Shown here: one piece after another, positions 12,991 to 29,407 of the stretch
How the letters are laid out: the number at the start of each line of letters is the position of its first letter
Position numbering within the stretch: the first letter of the stretch is position 1
NCBI RefSeq assembly: GCF_009914755.1
Contig: NC_060927.1
Length of the DNA: 64,000 bases
DNA from: the human T2T-CHM13v2.0 reference genome, Homo sapiens
Direction: 5' to 3' (one strand)
Made by a program: the position numbers and the translations under genes
The notes under the pieces: generated by a model
What the model was told of the DNA's origin: nothing
The model's database searches: none
Seen by the model: the letters and a program-made list of their open reading frames with translations, nothing else

Positions 12991-13099
12991 GTGGGACAGG
13001 TGGCTGGGAAGGCAGAGAGAGGGGAATGGGACCTCTGTTTTAACTGTGTTTTCTTAGACTCTGAATTTATCTGTTTGACATCCTTTCATCACTGGGCCA

Positions 13100-13460
13100 A
13101 TTCCTCTCTTTTCTTATTTTCTGTATTCTTGATGCTCTAGCATTTCTGACCTTGCTGAGAGAGACTGCTCCTCCCAGGGCTAGCCAATTATTAGAGATAG
13201 CAAAGGGCTCCCTTGAGGATGCCTTTCATATGAAAACTAACCAAGCCTGAGCCCTGGATTTACTCCCTCCACCCCGCCCCCCGCCCTACATCAACCCAGG
13301 GCCCAGTGAGTGTCAGACAACTAGGAACAACCTCTATGGCCCCAAAGCCATCCAGAATCATTTACTCCTAAACTGCTTACCCTATCCCACCTTATCTTTC
13401 CCACAGAAACCCTAATAAATAAAGGCTCTGGCCCAGGCTTTCCCCTTTATGATTTGCTTT
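13100..13460 (+). mobile_element. MER73/MER74-like ERVL LTR
   Basis: CTCCCAGGGCTAGCCAATTATTAGAGATAG and GCCTTTCATATGAAAACTAACCAA motifs; AATAAAGGCTC. Confidence 0.65.
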
Positions 13461-14879
13461 TGACTCAAGGATTCTCTAACTCAAGAGTTAATTAGGCAGT
13501 TCTGGGCCTAATGAGGGCATGTACAAGTTTCATCCACAAGGAAGGGTGGTCTGTGGAGCTACCATTTCTGCCACAGTTCCAGGGTGGGCTTAGGTCAGGG
13601 CAGCAGGGGGCTTCCCTCCCCCAGCCCCAGGAAAAACAAGTATTAATGTGTTGGAGTTAGGGTAGGGGTCCAGATAAATCTTCCTCAATATAGGTTTAGC
13701 CACGCAGCTTTACCTGAAGGCCTACAGCCCTGGTCTGTCTGGGAGGGTGTGACTCCTGAACTGGAGTCACTCCAAGGCTCAGCGGGGAGCTGATCCTCAG
13801 GGCCCTGGGAGCACAGTAGATGTCCCTTTAGACATTTAGAGGCATGATTCCAGGAGGGATTTGTGGAGGAGGAATCACAGGAGCTGGGGCTTTGTTGACT
13901 CCACCATTTGGCCTAAGTCGTCCTCCCTCCCTCCATTTTCTTGCAAGTCCTCCCAACTTGGGAACATTTTGTTAAATACTCCCATGTACACACCACCCCC
14001 TGTTCACCATGTTCCTGACACTTAGCTCCTCAGTGGGTCCCCTCCCTGGCATTGAAACAGAGGCAGATTTAATACGGGTATGAGCATCGTAGGGAAGGGG
14101 GCAATAGAGTCGACATGCCAACGAGCCATGGCAGGAAGCTCTCCTTCCACTACGGCTGAAAGATAAGATCCGGAATGGCCCCACTACCCTGCCAACCCCA
14201 TCTATCCTCATGGGGGCTGCTCTGGAAAAGGGAAAGAGGCTGAGTTGAAAATATTTGTTCTGTTTATTTCATTCTGGTCCCACATAACAGACCTGGAGGC
14301 AACGATGAGCTCTAGGCTACAGACAGGCTGCCTTGTGGAAGGAGCCAGCTGGTTGCTGAAGGACTGTGGCTGCCTCTCAGATGGACTTGTTTGTCTTACA
14401 AAGCCCAGTCCGATTGTCCCCAGTGCAGATGGCAGCTGGCATGAGACCCTAATTGGAAGAGGATCCTGTGACCTCCAAACCATGGAAGAGGATCCTGTGA
14501 CCTCCAAACCAATTAAATGATTTCTCAGGAGCTGGGAACAGCTGCATGAGGAAAGCGCTTGTGATTGCTTTGAGAAATGGGTGATTTTTTTTTTCTCCCA
14601 TGGAAGTCGCTTTAGTGATCTTAAAAGGTGTTGGCTGTGGGTGCTATTCAGGTCCAGAAAATTGGTCTCGGGAGAAGGAAGAAAAGTGACATTAGCAACC
14701 TGGCTTTTTCAACACAGGCTCTAACGAGGCTGAGATGGGTTGTTGGATAAATCATTGCTTCCAACTATCAGGAAAGTTGCCTGGCCCGGAAATAGGAGAA
14801 GGAACTGCAGATACACTTCGATTGGGCAGAGAATTTAGGGGATTCGGGTTTGGAGCCTAAATCGTCACTGCAACTCCAT

Positions 14880-15024
14880 TCAGGAACGTCCCTTGGGTGA
14901 TGAAACTGTTCTATGTCTTGATTGTGGGATTGTTGCAGGATTATACGCATCAATCAAAACTCACAAAACTGTAAACTTCAAAGGGTCAATTTTACTCCAT
15001 GTAAACCGTTCCTAATTTTAAAAA
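14880..15024 (+). mobile_element. Old L1M 3' end fragment
   Basis: GGGTGATGAAACTGTTCTATGTCTTGATTGTGG...CAAAACTCACAAAACTGT. Confidence 0.7.
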
Positions 15025-16552
15025 CACACATACACAGTATCCTCTAGGCCTGCTCTCCTCACCTAGACCCAGGCAGGCCTCTGTGTGGTCTGTTAATCCC
15101 CTGCCCTGCTCACACCTTCTGGGGATCCTTGTGAAATTTTTAGAAAACAAGGAGGAGGAGAAAAAAACACCAACATAGGATTATGAACACGGAGAGATCT
15201 CTAAGTCCCCGGGGAGTTCTGATAATCCCGATGCCCAGGCCACCCCTGAATGGTGAAGTCAGAATCTCTGGGGCTGGGACCTGGCCTCATGATATTAAAG
15301 TTCCCCACCCGCCAGGTTGCCTGTAATAACAGACTGAGACCCCCACTCTAAATGATGAGTGGTTCATCTTTTCAATCCTTCACTGTTCTGTCTTTGGAGA
15401 TTGTGTCAGAAGACCACATTTGAGGCTCTACATTCTCCCACCCCTGCCCACACCACCCCAAACTTCAGGGGCTGGGTGCCCCCAGATTTCTGTCTTGTTG
15501 CTATGGGGATTTTCAATAGGCTCTTCTCTCTCTCACCCAAGAATCAATTTGGAACTCTGGCCGCGGGCTTGGACTGCCTCCTGCCACCTGCCATTCCTCC
15601 TTAACTTCCTGCTAACATGTGTACATATCGTGTCCCCAGAGGAAGGAACTCTGGTTCCAGCTCCCCGCACTGTGGGTGAGAGTCCCCATGAACGCTAAGA
15701 CAGGGCAAATCTCTCAGCCTCTTTGAGCCTCAGGCTTCTCATCAGCACGATGGGGAGGGTTGATGAGAGGATGTGCAAGGATTCACTTTGGAAATATAAG
15801 CATTCAAAGTCTAATTAATATTTCTTATAGATGGTGCCCTGGGGGTGGGACCTCGTGTCCTTCATCTCTTGATTTCCGACAAGAGTCACTGCAGCATCCT
15901 CACATGAACCCCCGATTATAGTTTGCCAAATTAATTATTATTAAAGCCTGTTTCTCATAGAGAAAACAATCAAGCCACTTTTGGGCTGAGAAATCTTCTG
16001 GATCCCAGTAACAAGTGGGTGGGTTAGCTCAGAGCTCAGTGCAGGCCTCTAAAACGGCAGAGCTCCTGTTGGGGAACCTGAAGTGTCCCAGGTTTCTGAG
16101 GACTCCTGTCCTCACAGAAGCCCTGTGACTGTGACTGTGCCCACCCGCCAGGAGGCAGGACAGTGAGCTCTGCCTGCCCACGAGCGCTGTCCCTAGCACA
16201 GCACTGGATTGTTCTGTTTCCTTTGAGGCACTGATGAGGTACGAGACTGTCTCCTCTGGAGGGGAAAATTAAGAGGCACAGTGGGGAGCTGTGTTGTGTT
16301 TTGAAGCTTTTCCAGAATTGATTTTGTTGGGAGACATTTTTTTTTAAAGAGTCCTTTCTTGAATGTTGGCAGAGTGGACAGACTGCCAGAAAAGGCTGTG
16401 ATCCGGACACCCCACCCTGTCTGTGTGAGGTTGCCCCTGCCCCTCCGCAGTCCTAGGGAGGCTGCCCATCCTACCCAGGGTGCTGTGGGCTCCCGCTCAG
16501 GGGAAACAAGCCCAGGTGTGTGCTGCACTTGGCAGATCTGCTCAGGCAGCAT

Positions 16553-16967
16553 CCGCATTTGTTTCCCATGGTTACTATAACAAAGTGCCACCAGCTGGGG
16601 GCTTAAAACCACAGACATGTATTCTCTTGCGGTTCTGGAGGCCAGAAGTCTGAATCAAGGTGTCTCATGCTCCCTCTGAAGGCTCTAGGGGAGAATCCTT
16701 CCATGCCTCTTCCTGGCTTCTAGTGGTTGCCCCCAAATCGTTGGGTGTTCCTTGGTTTGTAGCCAATCTCTGCCACTGTCATGATGTCACAGAGCCTTCT
16801 TTCCTGTGTCTTTATGTGACCTTCTTGGGAGGACATTAGTCATTGGATTTAGGGCCCACCCTAATCCAGTATGACCTCATCCTAACTAATTTTATCTACA
16901 AAGACCCTATCTCCAAATAAGATCCAATTAGACCTGAATTTTGGGGGGACACTCTTCAGACAGGTAC
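16553..16967 (-). mobile_element. MLT1B/C MaLR LTR
   Basis: GTTCTGGAGGCCAGAAGTCTGAATCAAGG and GGATTTAGGGCCCACCCTAATCCAGTATGACCTCATC. Confidence 0.85.
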
Positions 16968-17593
16968 ATTATTCTTGGGTCTCGCTCACTCCAAGGCCAT
17001 AGCGCCCTCTCCTGAGACCCTGCCCTGTGTTTTTACCCCAGTACCCATTGAGGAGCCACCATGGTCATGAGTTGGCATCTAGTGCAGAGTCTGATTGAAC
17101 TCTATCAGAGGGGTCTTGTAGCAGCCTGAGCAGGGTGAGCTCAGCACCACTGTTGAAGACTGGCATTGTGGTGTGAGGGAAGGGGCAGGAGCCTGGATCC
17201 AGGAGACTGAGGTCAAGTTCCAGCGCACCCAGCTTCTCATGGAGGGACCTTGTGCCCTACTGCTGAGAAGGAAGCCACCTGCAGCCCCACGTTTAATGGG
17301 ATTAAGTATAAGACTGTCTACATTAAAATTATCCCCCCATTCTCTGCAAGAAATTCCTGCCCAGTAAGAAAAAGTTATAAATAACTTTATTATTTGTTTT
17401 ATTAACTTTCTGAAAATCCATTTATCTGCACTTTTACTTATCACTCAACTAGACTTCATTTGGGTAAGAAGACCCTTTCTCAAACAATGCATTGTTCATT
17501 TGGGCTTATCAAGCAACCGTTTACTCTTAAGGTTCATTCAAACTTTCCCCACTCTGTGTCTCCCAATCCTCAAAGTTTATATCAGTAACTTCA

Positions 17594-17890
<297 letters not shown>

Positions 17891-18064
17891 TCAATGAAGA
17901 CTCATCTTAAACCATATCCCCCAAATCACATAGATATGGCACCCTTGAGCTGCCTGTTCTGAGGCAGTGGCCTCTCTTGAAGAAAGCAATCAGCTGAGCT
18001 CTGCCGGCTCCACAGGTTATTTAGGTGGCATTTTGTGGGGAGTTGGCAGTTGAAGCCTCTCTGA

Positions 18065-18431
<367 letters not shown>

Positions 18432-19374
18432 TCCATCTCCTATATTTTATATGTTATACACAGTATATGTAAAATATATCAATGCATATATATTTTATAT
18501 ATTACCTATAAACATAATTTTGCTTTATATAGTCTGTAAAATGGGGATAACAGTTCCTACTTTACCTACCACACAGGTTCATGGGCTCCCCACTCTTTGG
18601 CATCCTGCACCAGAGAGGACAGTGCAGACCAGGGAAAATTCTCTCCAGCCAGGAAGCAGTCTGAGCCTGAAAGGAACAGTTGCCCACTTACATTTGGAGT
18701 CTCTTCAATGTGATGTGTCTGTGTAATAATTCTGTAAATTATAGGCCATTGTCTAAACCTTAGGGACAATTATTAGAAGTTAGATATTTTTGTCCCTCCA
18801 CCCTCAAACAGAGGTTTTTGAACCAAATAGCAAAATTTTGTGAGCTAAAATTGGCTACTTGTATAGAAATTCTGGGCCCTCAACCAAGAGTTTCTTTTGT
18901 TAATTAGACATAGAAACCCCCAACCTCCCTGGGGCTCAGGATTGACTTGGATGATGTCGGGTTCCTGTGGGGAGATGGGGGCACAGTGCCAGGCAGTCTC
19001 CTTTGTCTTCCTCCACCCACCCTCTGTGCCTCATGTTGCTCTACCACATGGGAGTCACAGGAATAATTACTCGTCCAATAAGCCAAGAAATTAATATTTA
19101 ATCATAGGGTACCTACTGAAAGTTTAGTAGACCTAGACCGATTTTAGAGAGTTTTCTGATAGGTATTTTATGTAAAACGGAGAAGGAAATTTTGCTATTT
19201 TGAAGTTGCGCATAATCCCTCCTAGGTTTAGCAACATATTGTGATGGCTTCTCTGGGTATATCTAATATAGACGGTGATTCTGGGGGTGAAACTTCTGCC
19301 GATCAGGTAGTTGTGAACCGAGCAGCACATCTGTAGTGTGGCCAAGAGAAAACCAAGACACAAATCAACCTTCA

Positions 19375-19680
19375 ACTTTCCTCATCTGTCCCTACAATGT
19401 CTTTGAGACTTGGTTCTGAGTCAGGACCCCATCAAGGTTTGGGCATTGTGTTCAGTCCCTGTGCACCTTTAGTCTGTGTTAGTCTAAAATAGTTCCTCAA
19501 CCTTTTTGTCCCTTATGATGTTGACTTTTGGAGAAGATGATCAATTTCTTTATTGAATATTCCACCTTCTGGATTTTGTCAGATTGTGTCCTCATGGTGT
19601 TATTTAACTTGTTTCTCTCTTATGCAAAGTGGAAGTTAGGGCTCAAGTCTTGATTAGATTCATTTTTGGGCAAGAACATA
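19375..19680 (-). mobile_element. Old L1M (L1ME/MC-like) 3' UTR fragment
   Basis: GAGTCAGGACCCCATCAAGG...TTTTTGGGCAAGAACA. Confidence 0.55.
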
Positions 19681-21469
19681 GATTTTTAAAATAATCTTTT
19701 TCTGTGATAATAATACCAAGTTCATTGTAGAAAAACTTAGAGAAAAAAAAATGAAGGTAGCCTGTAATCCTGCCATCCTGCCATGCTTATATTAATTTAT
19801 ACATCCACCAGCCATGTATGAGCCTTCTCATTTTGCCAAAACTTCACCAAGCCAGAACTTTCTTTAAAAAAATTTTGAAAGGTAAAAAAAAAAAGATATC
19901 TAATTTGAGCTTTTGTACCTATTTAAGGAAACTGAGCATACTTCCATATGTTCATTAGATGTGTTTCTTTGTCATCTAATCTATATTTTTTTCTGTGGAC
20001 GCAAAGAGTCCTTTATCTATATTAAGAAGAGTAATCCTGTGTCATATATCTTGGAAAATAAAAAGTAATCTTGGATCTACCTGTTGAGAGAACTCTGGGG
20101 CAAGGCACAGAGGAAGCCCTTGGCATGCTGCCTGGCACATGGGAGATGCCCAGCACAGGCTGGGTGCACACTGCCCTTGCAGAGGTCTACCCCCAGGTGA
20201 TCCCAGGAAAGCCCGGGGTCATGCCCCCTCCTGTGGCCACAGGGACCCTGTGATCAACCACCAAGTTGAAGCTCAAAGCTCCTCCTGACCCTGCCTCCCC
20301 ACCTCCCACTTACTTCATTCCCCTCTCCCCAGCCGCTCCTCGTGGATCCAGCCCCACTTGGATTTGCCCCTTGATTTTCCCTCGGCTGAGCTACAGCACA
20401 GAGGAAGGTGCCTACCTTCAAAGAAAGCCTGGCCCAGGCTGGCCCTGGGCATGAGAACATCTCCTGCAGGCTAATTATTTGGTGCCCCATGAGGCTGATT
20501 TTTTAAAAGACATCTGTAATAGGAAGTAGATAGAAAGCAATTTCCTATTAAAAAAAAAAAATCAGCATGCAGAAAGAGCTTTTGTCCTTTATGTTCCCAG
20601 AGTGGCTTCTCTAAATCTTCCTTCTGTGTTTTCCATGTTGCAGTCACCACTGGCTGGTCTCCCTCCTCCAACCAGACGGTGAATGCCCAGAAAGGGGAGA
20701 CTTCCTTCAGTGGTCTTAGAGTGCCCAGCACCTGGAGCAGTGTCTGGCACAGAGAAGGCGCTGGGATGAATTACTCACCCTATTTCTCTAAAAGGCTGCA
20801 GTAGACACATGAGTGCCAAGAGAGGAGCAAGAAACCCAAACATTACTGATCTCAGGCCACTGTGGACACAGATGCGCAGACCCTGATGGCTTGGGTCCCC
20901 ATGCACAGGCTGCAGAGGGAAGCCCAGGGACTCCCCCTGCTCCCTTCAACTGTTCCAGGATTTTCATTTTTCCACATCCTAAGTCACATTCAGCTCATCT
21001 TGTCATAGATTAACTTTAAAATGTAGCAATTCAGCTTGGAGAGGGAGAGAGAGAGAGGAAAAAGAAGAGAGCTGGAGGGAATCTGAAAGCGGCCTGGGAG
21101 TGGAAGGGCCACCATGCTGCCCTGGACACCAGGAACAGGAAATCGGATTTGAGGCAGAGAAGCTGTAGGTGGAAGGGGCTTCAGAGAAGGCTCTAGGCTA
21201 GCTCGAGCAGTTTACAACAACCTGATGTAGCTCTTCCCCACCACCTGTATGGTTTAAATCATTTCAGCATTTAAAAAAGAAAACAGCCCTGTTAGAAATC
21301 TGCTGTGGGCAAAGAGGAAAACATAGAAAATGATACCAATCATCCATTCTCTATTTTTTCTTTCTCCGGGCCCCATAGTGGCAAGATGCTCTCCTCTTTC
21401 TGGGCCCTCGCAGGATAAATGCAACTTCTAGGAATAGGATTCAGCAACCCACCCACCAACGCAATCCAG

Positions 21470-22255
21470 ACGAGAACAATCCGCTCATCCTAACCACTTC
21501 CTTGTGTCCCTGTGCAGTTGCTTCTGTCCTCAGGCAGCCACTGATCTGCCTTCTGTCCTTATAGCTTTGCCTTTTCTAGAATCGCACATAAGTGCACTCA
21601 CATAATACATGATCTTTTGACTTCTTTAACATAATGCTTTTTGATTCTTCTGTGTTGTTCCATGCATTGCTATTTTGTTCCTTTTTATTGACAAGTGGTA
21701 TTTCACTGCATGCACATTCTACAGTCTGTTTTTCCATTCACATTAATGGACATTTGGGTTGCTCCCAGGTGGATCTGAATAAAACCACTATGAACATTCA
21801 TGTACACATCTTTGCATGAACATATGTTTTCATTCCTATTAGGCAAATATCTAGAAGTGGAATGTATGGGTCTTATAGTAAGTTTAGGTTTAACTTTAAA
21901 AGATCCTGCCACATTGTTTTCCAGAATGGCTGCACCGCTCTGCATTTTGCCTGGCGATGTATGAGAGATCTGGCTGCTCCACATCCTTATCAGCCCTTGG
22001 CATTCTCTGTTTATTTTGTTTATTTGTTTTAGCTATTCTCATCGCTGTGTTGTGGTGTATCATTGTGGTTTTACTTGGCATTTCCCCAGTGATGCTGAGC
22101 ATCTTTTCAAGTGTTTATTGGTAATTTGTATATCTTCATTGGCAAAATGCTCAATATTTTTGCTATTTTTTTGTGTTAGATTGTTTTATTATTGAATTGC
22201 ATAATGCTTAATATTTGTCAGCTAAATTTCTCTATGAAAATTTTACTCCAGTCTG
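21470..22255 (-). mobile_element. Old L1M (L1MB/ME-like) 3' fragment
   Basis: GGCAGCCACTGATCTG...TTGCCTTTTCTAGAAT and ATGGACATTTGGGTTGC; ORFs 21703-22102 resemble a decayed ORF2 C-terminus. Confidence 0.85.
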
Positions 22256-22809
22256 AGGAGTAAATATCTGATTTCTATCTCAACTGCTTTATCACACTTA
22301 AAGAGACAGATTTAATAAGAGAAAAACTCAAAATATGTTTCTATCCAGGTTGTGCTGACCACAACAAAGCTATGTCTGATCTACTGTGCATGTTAAAATG
22401 AAAAAAAAATTTGTGATCCGAATCCTAAGTATGGCTAGTGTGACTTTTGTTTCCCTTTTTCATGAAGATAAACATGGAACAATACTTGTCTAGGAAAACA
22501 CCCATGTATAGGTTGACAACCACTTTTTATTTTCTAACTCAACTAAAGTTAGGTCATCCCAAGCAGAACTTGAATAAATCTATTCTAGACACAAATCCCT
22601 TAGCTTCTTGATTCTCTGATGGGTCATTGCTTGGAATGAGAAAATTCTTACCTCAGAAAATTCTTGGCTGGCATTCTTGGAGTTTCTGATTTTTACATAA
22701 GGTTCTAAATATTCTGTGGACTCTTCTATACAGTGCGTCTCTGCTTCTGGTTCATCCAATTCTCTACCATGGTGGGACACAGAATAAACCTAGTAAGTTT
22801 GGTAATTTA

Positions 22810-23040
22810 ATAGACGTTACCATCTGTAGACTGCTTACCCTATGCCTGGCCCCTGGGACTTTGAGTCCATTGTCTCATTTAACCCTCACTTAAAACCTGA
22901 GAAATGGCTGTGATTATTATTCACGTTTACAGGTGGGGAAGCTGAGGGTTACAGAGGAGAAGTAACTAGTCCAAGGCCTCACAGCCAGCAGGGGAAGGGC
23001 TAACATTCAGACATCAGAGCCCGTGCAGCTAACCACTCCC
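22810..23040 (-). mobile_element. MIR
   Basis: TCTCATTTAACCCTCAC...TTTACAGGTGGGGAAGCTGAGGGTTACAGAG. Confidence 0.75.
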
Positions 23041-23272
23041 CTGAACCATCTCTCATTCTGTGTAGCACAATTACATCGTCTGTTCAGTCAGAACACGGTG
23101 GTGCTTGTACAGTGGCCTCCTGGGCTGGACACACAGTCAGGCTCTCCTCTTTCTATTCAACCTCACTCTATTTGGAGAGTCCGAAAGCTAGTACTGTGTT
23201 TCCCAGACTGCTTGGCTGGGGATCTGGATGTGAATGAGGTTCTGCCAATGAGATGCTTCAATGCTAGGTTAG

Positions 23273-24059
<787 letters not shown>

Positions 24060-24536
24060 GGAAGGGAGACGTGGTGCAGAGAGGGCTGGCAGTTAAGCCC
24101 CTTTGGGCATGGGTACTGCCATCACAGCTTCGTGGTGGTGACCTCCTGCCTGTAGACCTCGGCTGTGAGGCTGGATCTTGAAGTCCACAGGCCAGTGGTG
24201 CCTCCAGACTTCACTTTCCCACCCCTTCCAACAACATTTGTAAGCACAGTTCCCTGTGTTAAATCCTTTTCTGCTCTATTTCCTGTACTGAACCCTGACT
24301 GACACAAACTCACGCTGCTAAATACCAGGTAGACTTAAAAGCGGAGAAGACTCTCATAGGAAACGAGGGCAAGCTAGAATAGAAAGGCAGCTGTGGGGAG
24401 GAGGACTTCAAACCTGCCTGGCCCTGCATCCTCCTCTCTCATCTCCAGGTTAAGCATCCTTCTGGCCGGCTGACAGACTGTGTCTCTTGCAGAGCAGACA
24501 TCCTAAATGTGCCTCACCCCAATTTAGTTTGCAAGC

Positions 24537-24990
24537 TGTGCTGGATTGTTATGTTGTCAGTATTTACTCTGGGAACAACACTGTCCCAAATCCTGTTCCT
24601 TGTATAGTGTGGGGTTTGATGTGGCCAACATTGAAGTTCTGCGAGATATGTGAGGCAGAAGCGAAGGCTGGTGCTGGCTGGAGGCACTGAGAGAGGGGCC
24701 CACTCATCAGCCCGCACCCTCCTTGCTCCAGTTCTCCCTCCTAACTGCCACACCCGCTGACCAGCAATGGCCCAAGACACTGCCATATGCCTCACTGTGA
24801 ACTCCGCCTGTGGTTCTCACCTTAGGATAGCTAATTCCTCATTTTATTGTCCCAGAACTAAAGACACTGACTGCCTGCAGTTCCTGCATTCTCTCCGTTT
24901 TGTAGGGCTTTGTACACTTCCTCCTGAAATTAGGATACATAGGATAGATTTCATTCCAAGCCTTCATCTTTCCTCTGTTTGCTTCCTGTG
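24537..24990 (+). mobile_element. LTR50-like ERVL LTR
   Basis: Begins TGTGCTGGATTGTTATGTTGTCAG; GCGAGATATGTGAGGCAGAAG. Confidence 0.55.
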
Positions 24991-26493
24991 ATTAATGTAG
25001 CTGTGGTGCTTGTCATATTCTGAGGTTGGGTGCACAGGTAGGGGAGGACAAGCAGGGATTTAAGAGTTATTGTTGGCAGCAGGATCCACCTGGTGGTGGT
25101 CACAGAGCTCACTGACGCATGTTGTACGTCTCAAGATGCCAAAACCACAAAAAGATTGGAGGGTTAAGAAAACCCCCGATGAGAAACATCCAGGCTCCTC
25201 ATTCTGCCTGTCTTGATCCTTCTTCTTTATTAGAAGGGGGTTGTTATGGTGATGGAAGAGGGCTGAATTGGAAAGGATTTGTTGTTTTGTTATTATTTAT
25301 AGACATGGGCATACCTTGTGTGAATCTTTGTGACAATTTTCTTCTTTGAGCTGAGCTTGAGACATATTCCGTTAGCACTGGTGGACACCAGGAGGGAGGA
25401 GGAGGTTGTTTTCTAGGATTCCCAGAGCCAGGTCAGCTTCTATCTTCTTGGCATTGCCCAAAGACCCCCAGGGAGCCACAGCTACTAGCAGAGTAGAGAA
25501 CAGAGAGGACAGATGGCCTGGTGGCAGGGCACTGGCATGTTTTATTTGTCATGTTTTCCATCCACCTCTTGGGCTCTAAAATTTGTGTATTTTTTAGTGA
25601 ACCTCTGAAGTAGTCATAGCCTTTTGATGGGTACAAACTGCTTTAACTTGCAAAAGAGATACAGAGCCTGGCTGGAGAACTCACTTGCCAGACTTGGGTA
25701 ATCTGTCCTTAAGGAAATTCCTGGGCTATTAAAATCCTTTCCTAATATTCCAGCCAACACCATGTGTATTTACATATTGGAGAATCCTTGGGAAGTCCTC
25801 TCAATAGCTATGGCCACACTTCTGTCTACACCTGAAATCTATGGACCACCCAGCCCGTCTTGCCCTTTGCTTCTGTGACTCAGGAAAGCAATCACATCTC
25901 TACAAGCTCTGGGAAGACTCCGCTTACTTCACGCCCACTGCACTTGACTGCCAACATTATCCTTGAAGATGGAGGCTGTAATTATACCAATCACTCTGCC
26001 GGATAGACCTGGAGTATCCCCATGATTAATGGAAGAGATTCACTCAAAACACAAGATGTCTCATTTTCTAGTTGGGTGTACAAGCAAAATACTACAGAAA
26101 CATAGCCTCCACTGCTCGAGCTAAAATGTCTCAGCGGGTTTCCTTTTGTTCCCAGGCAATTGGAAACAGCAGGAATATCTCCTTAGAACCCAAAACGATA
26201 TTCAGGATGAGGAGGCATTAGAGGTCTCAGGTGGTTTTCTGAAAGAAGCTTTAAAAATATCTCATTTCAAAAGTCATTTTATATAAGTTCACTGCAGAAA
26301 AGTTGGGAATTAAAAAAATATATATAAAAGAAACTGAAAGTCATCCATAATCCCACCAGCCACAGATAACCCTTATTGGAATTTTTGAGCACCTATTTCC
26401 ATGTATTTTCAGTGCATATATATAGTAATGGTTTCCACAAAATATTCTGTTTTCTGACCTTCTTTTTATTTTAGCATACCCAAATTATGATAA

Positions 26494-26988
<495 letters not shown>

Positions 26989-29407
26989 TAGCTAATTACA
27001 TAATGGAGTTAGGATTCAATCCATGGCAGTCTGGCTGCACACTCATGCTCTTGGCGCCCATCATGCTGTGATCAGGTTTCCAGGGCTAGCTCCCCCCACC
27101 CCCGCTTCCCGTGAGCTATTGACCTGAAAAGTCGTTGGTTCTTCCTGTCACAGCCTATGTAGGTCTGGCACCAAGGTATGCTGTGGGGTCCTTTTCTGAG
27201 CACCTACTATGTGAAAGGTACTGTGGCTGCAACTTTAACAGGGACTTATCATCAAGAATCCTATCAACAAGAATTCTCAAACGTGGTAAGGAGCCAGACA
27301 CCAACTTCCTGGCATAGCCAGGGAATTCACAGAAAGACCTCCAAGGGGCAGACACCCTGGAGGCAACTGAGAGTGGTGACCTGATGTTAGGGTGACCTGG
27401 AAGTCTGCCACAGCCCAGCTTTCAATGCCTAAAAAAGGTGCTGGCTCAGAATAGCTGTGAATCCTGGTGGGGTCAACCTGGGCAGTGGTGTTGCTTGGGA
27501 TCAGGCAGTGGAAGTACCTGAGAAGTACTGAGAAGCCTATCTGTTGCCATGGTACCCAGACAGCAGGAGGCAACCAGCTCGAGAGAACAGCTTCTGTGCC
27601 TTCTGCACCTCCACAGGAAGCACTTTACAGAGGGGAGGACAACCCCCAGGTGGGAGTCGGGGTCTAACTCCAGCCTCAGGACAAGGAGGAGAGATGACAT
27701 TTCCAGCCATGGTCGGCTCTCATGTAGGAAGGGCTCTGGGAAGGCTGAGCTCTGGCCACACTGCCAGCCTTGGCCAGGGCCACTCGTCATCAGCACCACA
27801 GCTGAGTGTTACCTGGGATGGGCTGTGGTGCCACTCCGGTGCCTCCCTCCTTCTTCTATCCTACAGGGACTACCATGAATCCTACTTACCGCACTGGAGA
27901 GCTGTGCAGATGGAAGGAAGTGGGAGATGTGGAAACACTTTCAACAACTGAAGCAGCAGGCCAAGAAAAGGTGTCAATAGCTGTGCTTTTGCCCACAAAA
28001 AAGTGAGTCTTCTTCATTAATGTATGTCTTGAACATGGAACCCGTCCCCTCCAGGTTGTTGACTGGGCTGTGCCCCCTGTTGTCAGAGAAGTGTCAGTGT
28101 CTGGGACCATCTACTGGTGATATTTCCCTGCTCAGAAGAGTCATGACCACAGACCCCAGGCATTTCCTCTTGGCAGGCACTGTGCCCAGAGTTTTAGGAA
28201 CAGGCTCACTGAGTCCATACATCAGAAGGTAGGTCCTAGGGCCACTCTTGTACAGAAAAGGAAATGAACCTTGGAGAAGCAGGGGCCACACTCGAGGCTG
28301 TATGGCTACTGAGGGGCAGAGCCAGATCCCAAACCCCTCACTCCAACATGGTGTGTGACTGTGTCCATCTGTGACACATGCAGCTCCCTTCAGCCTGGAA
28401 ATGAACCAAAACTTCAAATCCTTTGGGCTTCACTTGGAGCCATTTTGTTCAGGCAGAGATTCTGGGGCCCTGGGAAGTGGTGATATCAGAGGTAGTGGAT
28501 GGGTTCTGTCTTCACTGGTCCCAGAGTCCAGGTGCTGTGTGTTCCAGTCCCCTCTCAAAGCCCACCAATCTCTCCAAGAAGAGCTCCAGGTGGGAGCTTT
28601 GCCTGGCTTAGGGCCATAACTGCAGATCTGAGATTAGCACCTGCCATGCATCCCGTGCTCCATCAACATGCACTGGATGAAGGCTGCAGGCAGGACTCCT
28701 GACCCAGCAGTGAAGCTCGTTCTTATTGGTCTTGGCCAGCATTCTCAGCCCCATTCCAGCTCTCTGTTCTAATGAAGTCATTTACATCCCGCTCCAGTTC
28801 TACCTCCTCACCTTTGCTTATGACATCCTTCCTATCAGGTATGCACCCCCATCCCCCATCCCCAAGTCCCAGCCCAAATTCTTCCCTGTTAAAACTCCCT
28901 GTTAGACAGGCTTTCGTCTCTGCTCAGCTCTTGGCACACCTGTTTGAGGTGTAGGAGCCTCTCCAGAAGAGCCCCTCCCCTCCTGCAGCCCCTCTCCCTC
29001 TCCCACTTGCAATTTCATCCTCACCACTTCTTCTTTGTAAGGAACCATTGCATCAAAGCTATTGTATTGTCACGGGAGATAGAAAATTATAAAGGCATTA
29101 CATTTTTAGAACAATGTTTGTAGAATAAAATTAGCACTAGACATATTTCAGTCCTAGCTTCTTTTTTAAATATGAGATTGTGCATTTCCAAGCCTAATTT
29201 TTATATGCCCATTTAAAAATTGCATTTTCCCATGTACTCTCATCGCCACCAGCCCCCTTTCATTATGAGCTCAGGCGAAAGCTGTGGACTCTTACCCACA
29301 TCACACAGGTTTATTTCACATGACACACGGCTTCACTGAGATAGAGAAGGCCCTGCCTTCATACAGAGACCTAAGTCAAAGCAAAGGGAATAAAATCTAA
29401 TCCCATG

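Noticed and set aside
13749-13770. Hairpin GTGACTCC-TGAACT-GGAGTCAC
   Set aside because: 8-bp stem is within chance expectation; no RNA-gene context.
16145-16158. CTCF-like CCGCCAGGAGGCAG
   Set aside because: Mismatch in the core; a single motif cannot be supported without binding data.
22242-22264. TTTACTCC/GGAGTAAA inverted repeat at the L1 truncation point
   Set aside because: Too short to separate a templated junction from chance.
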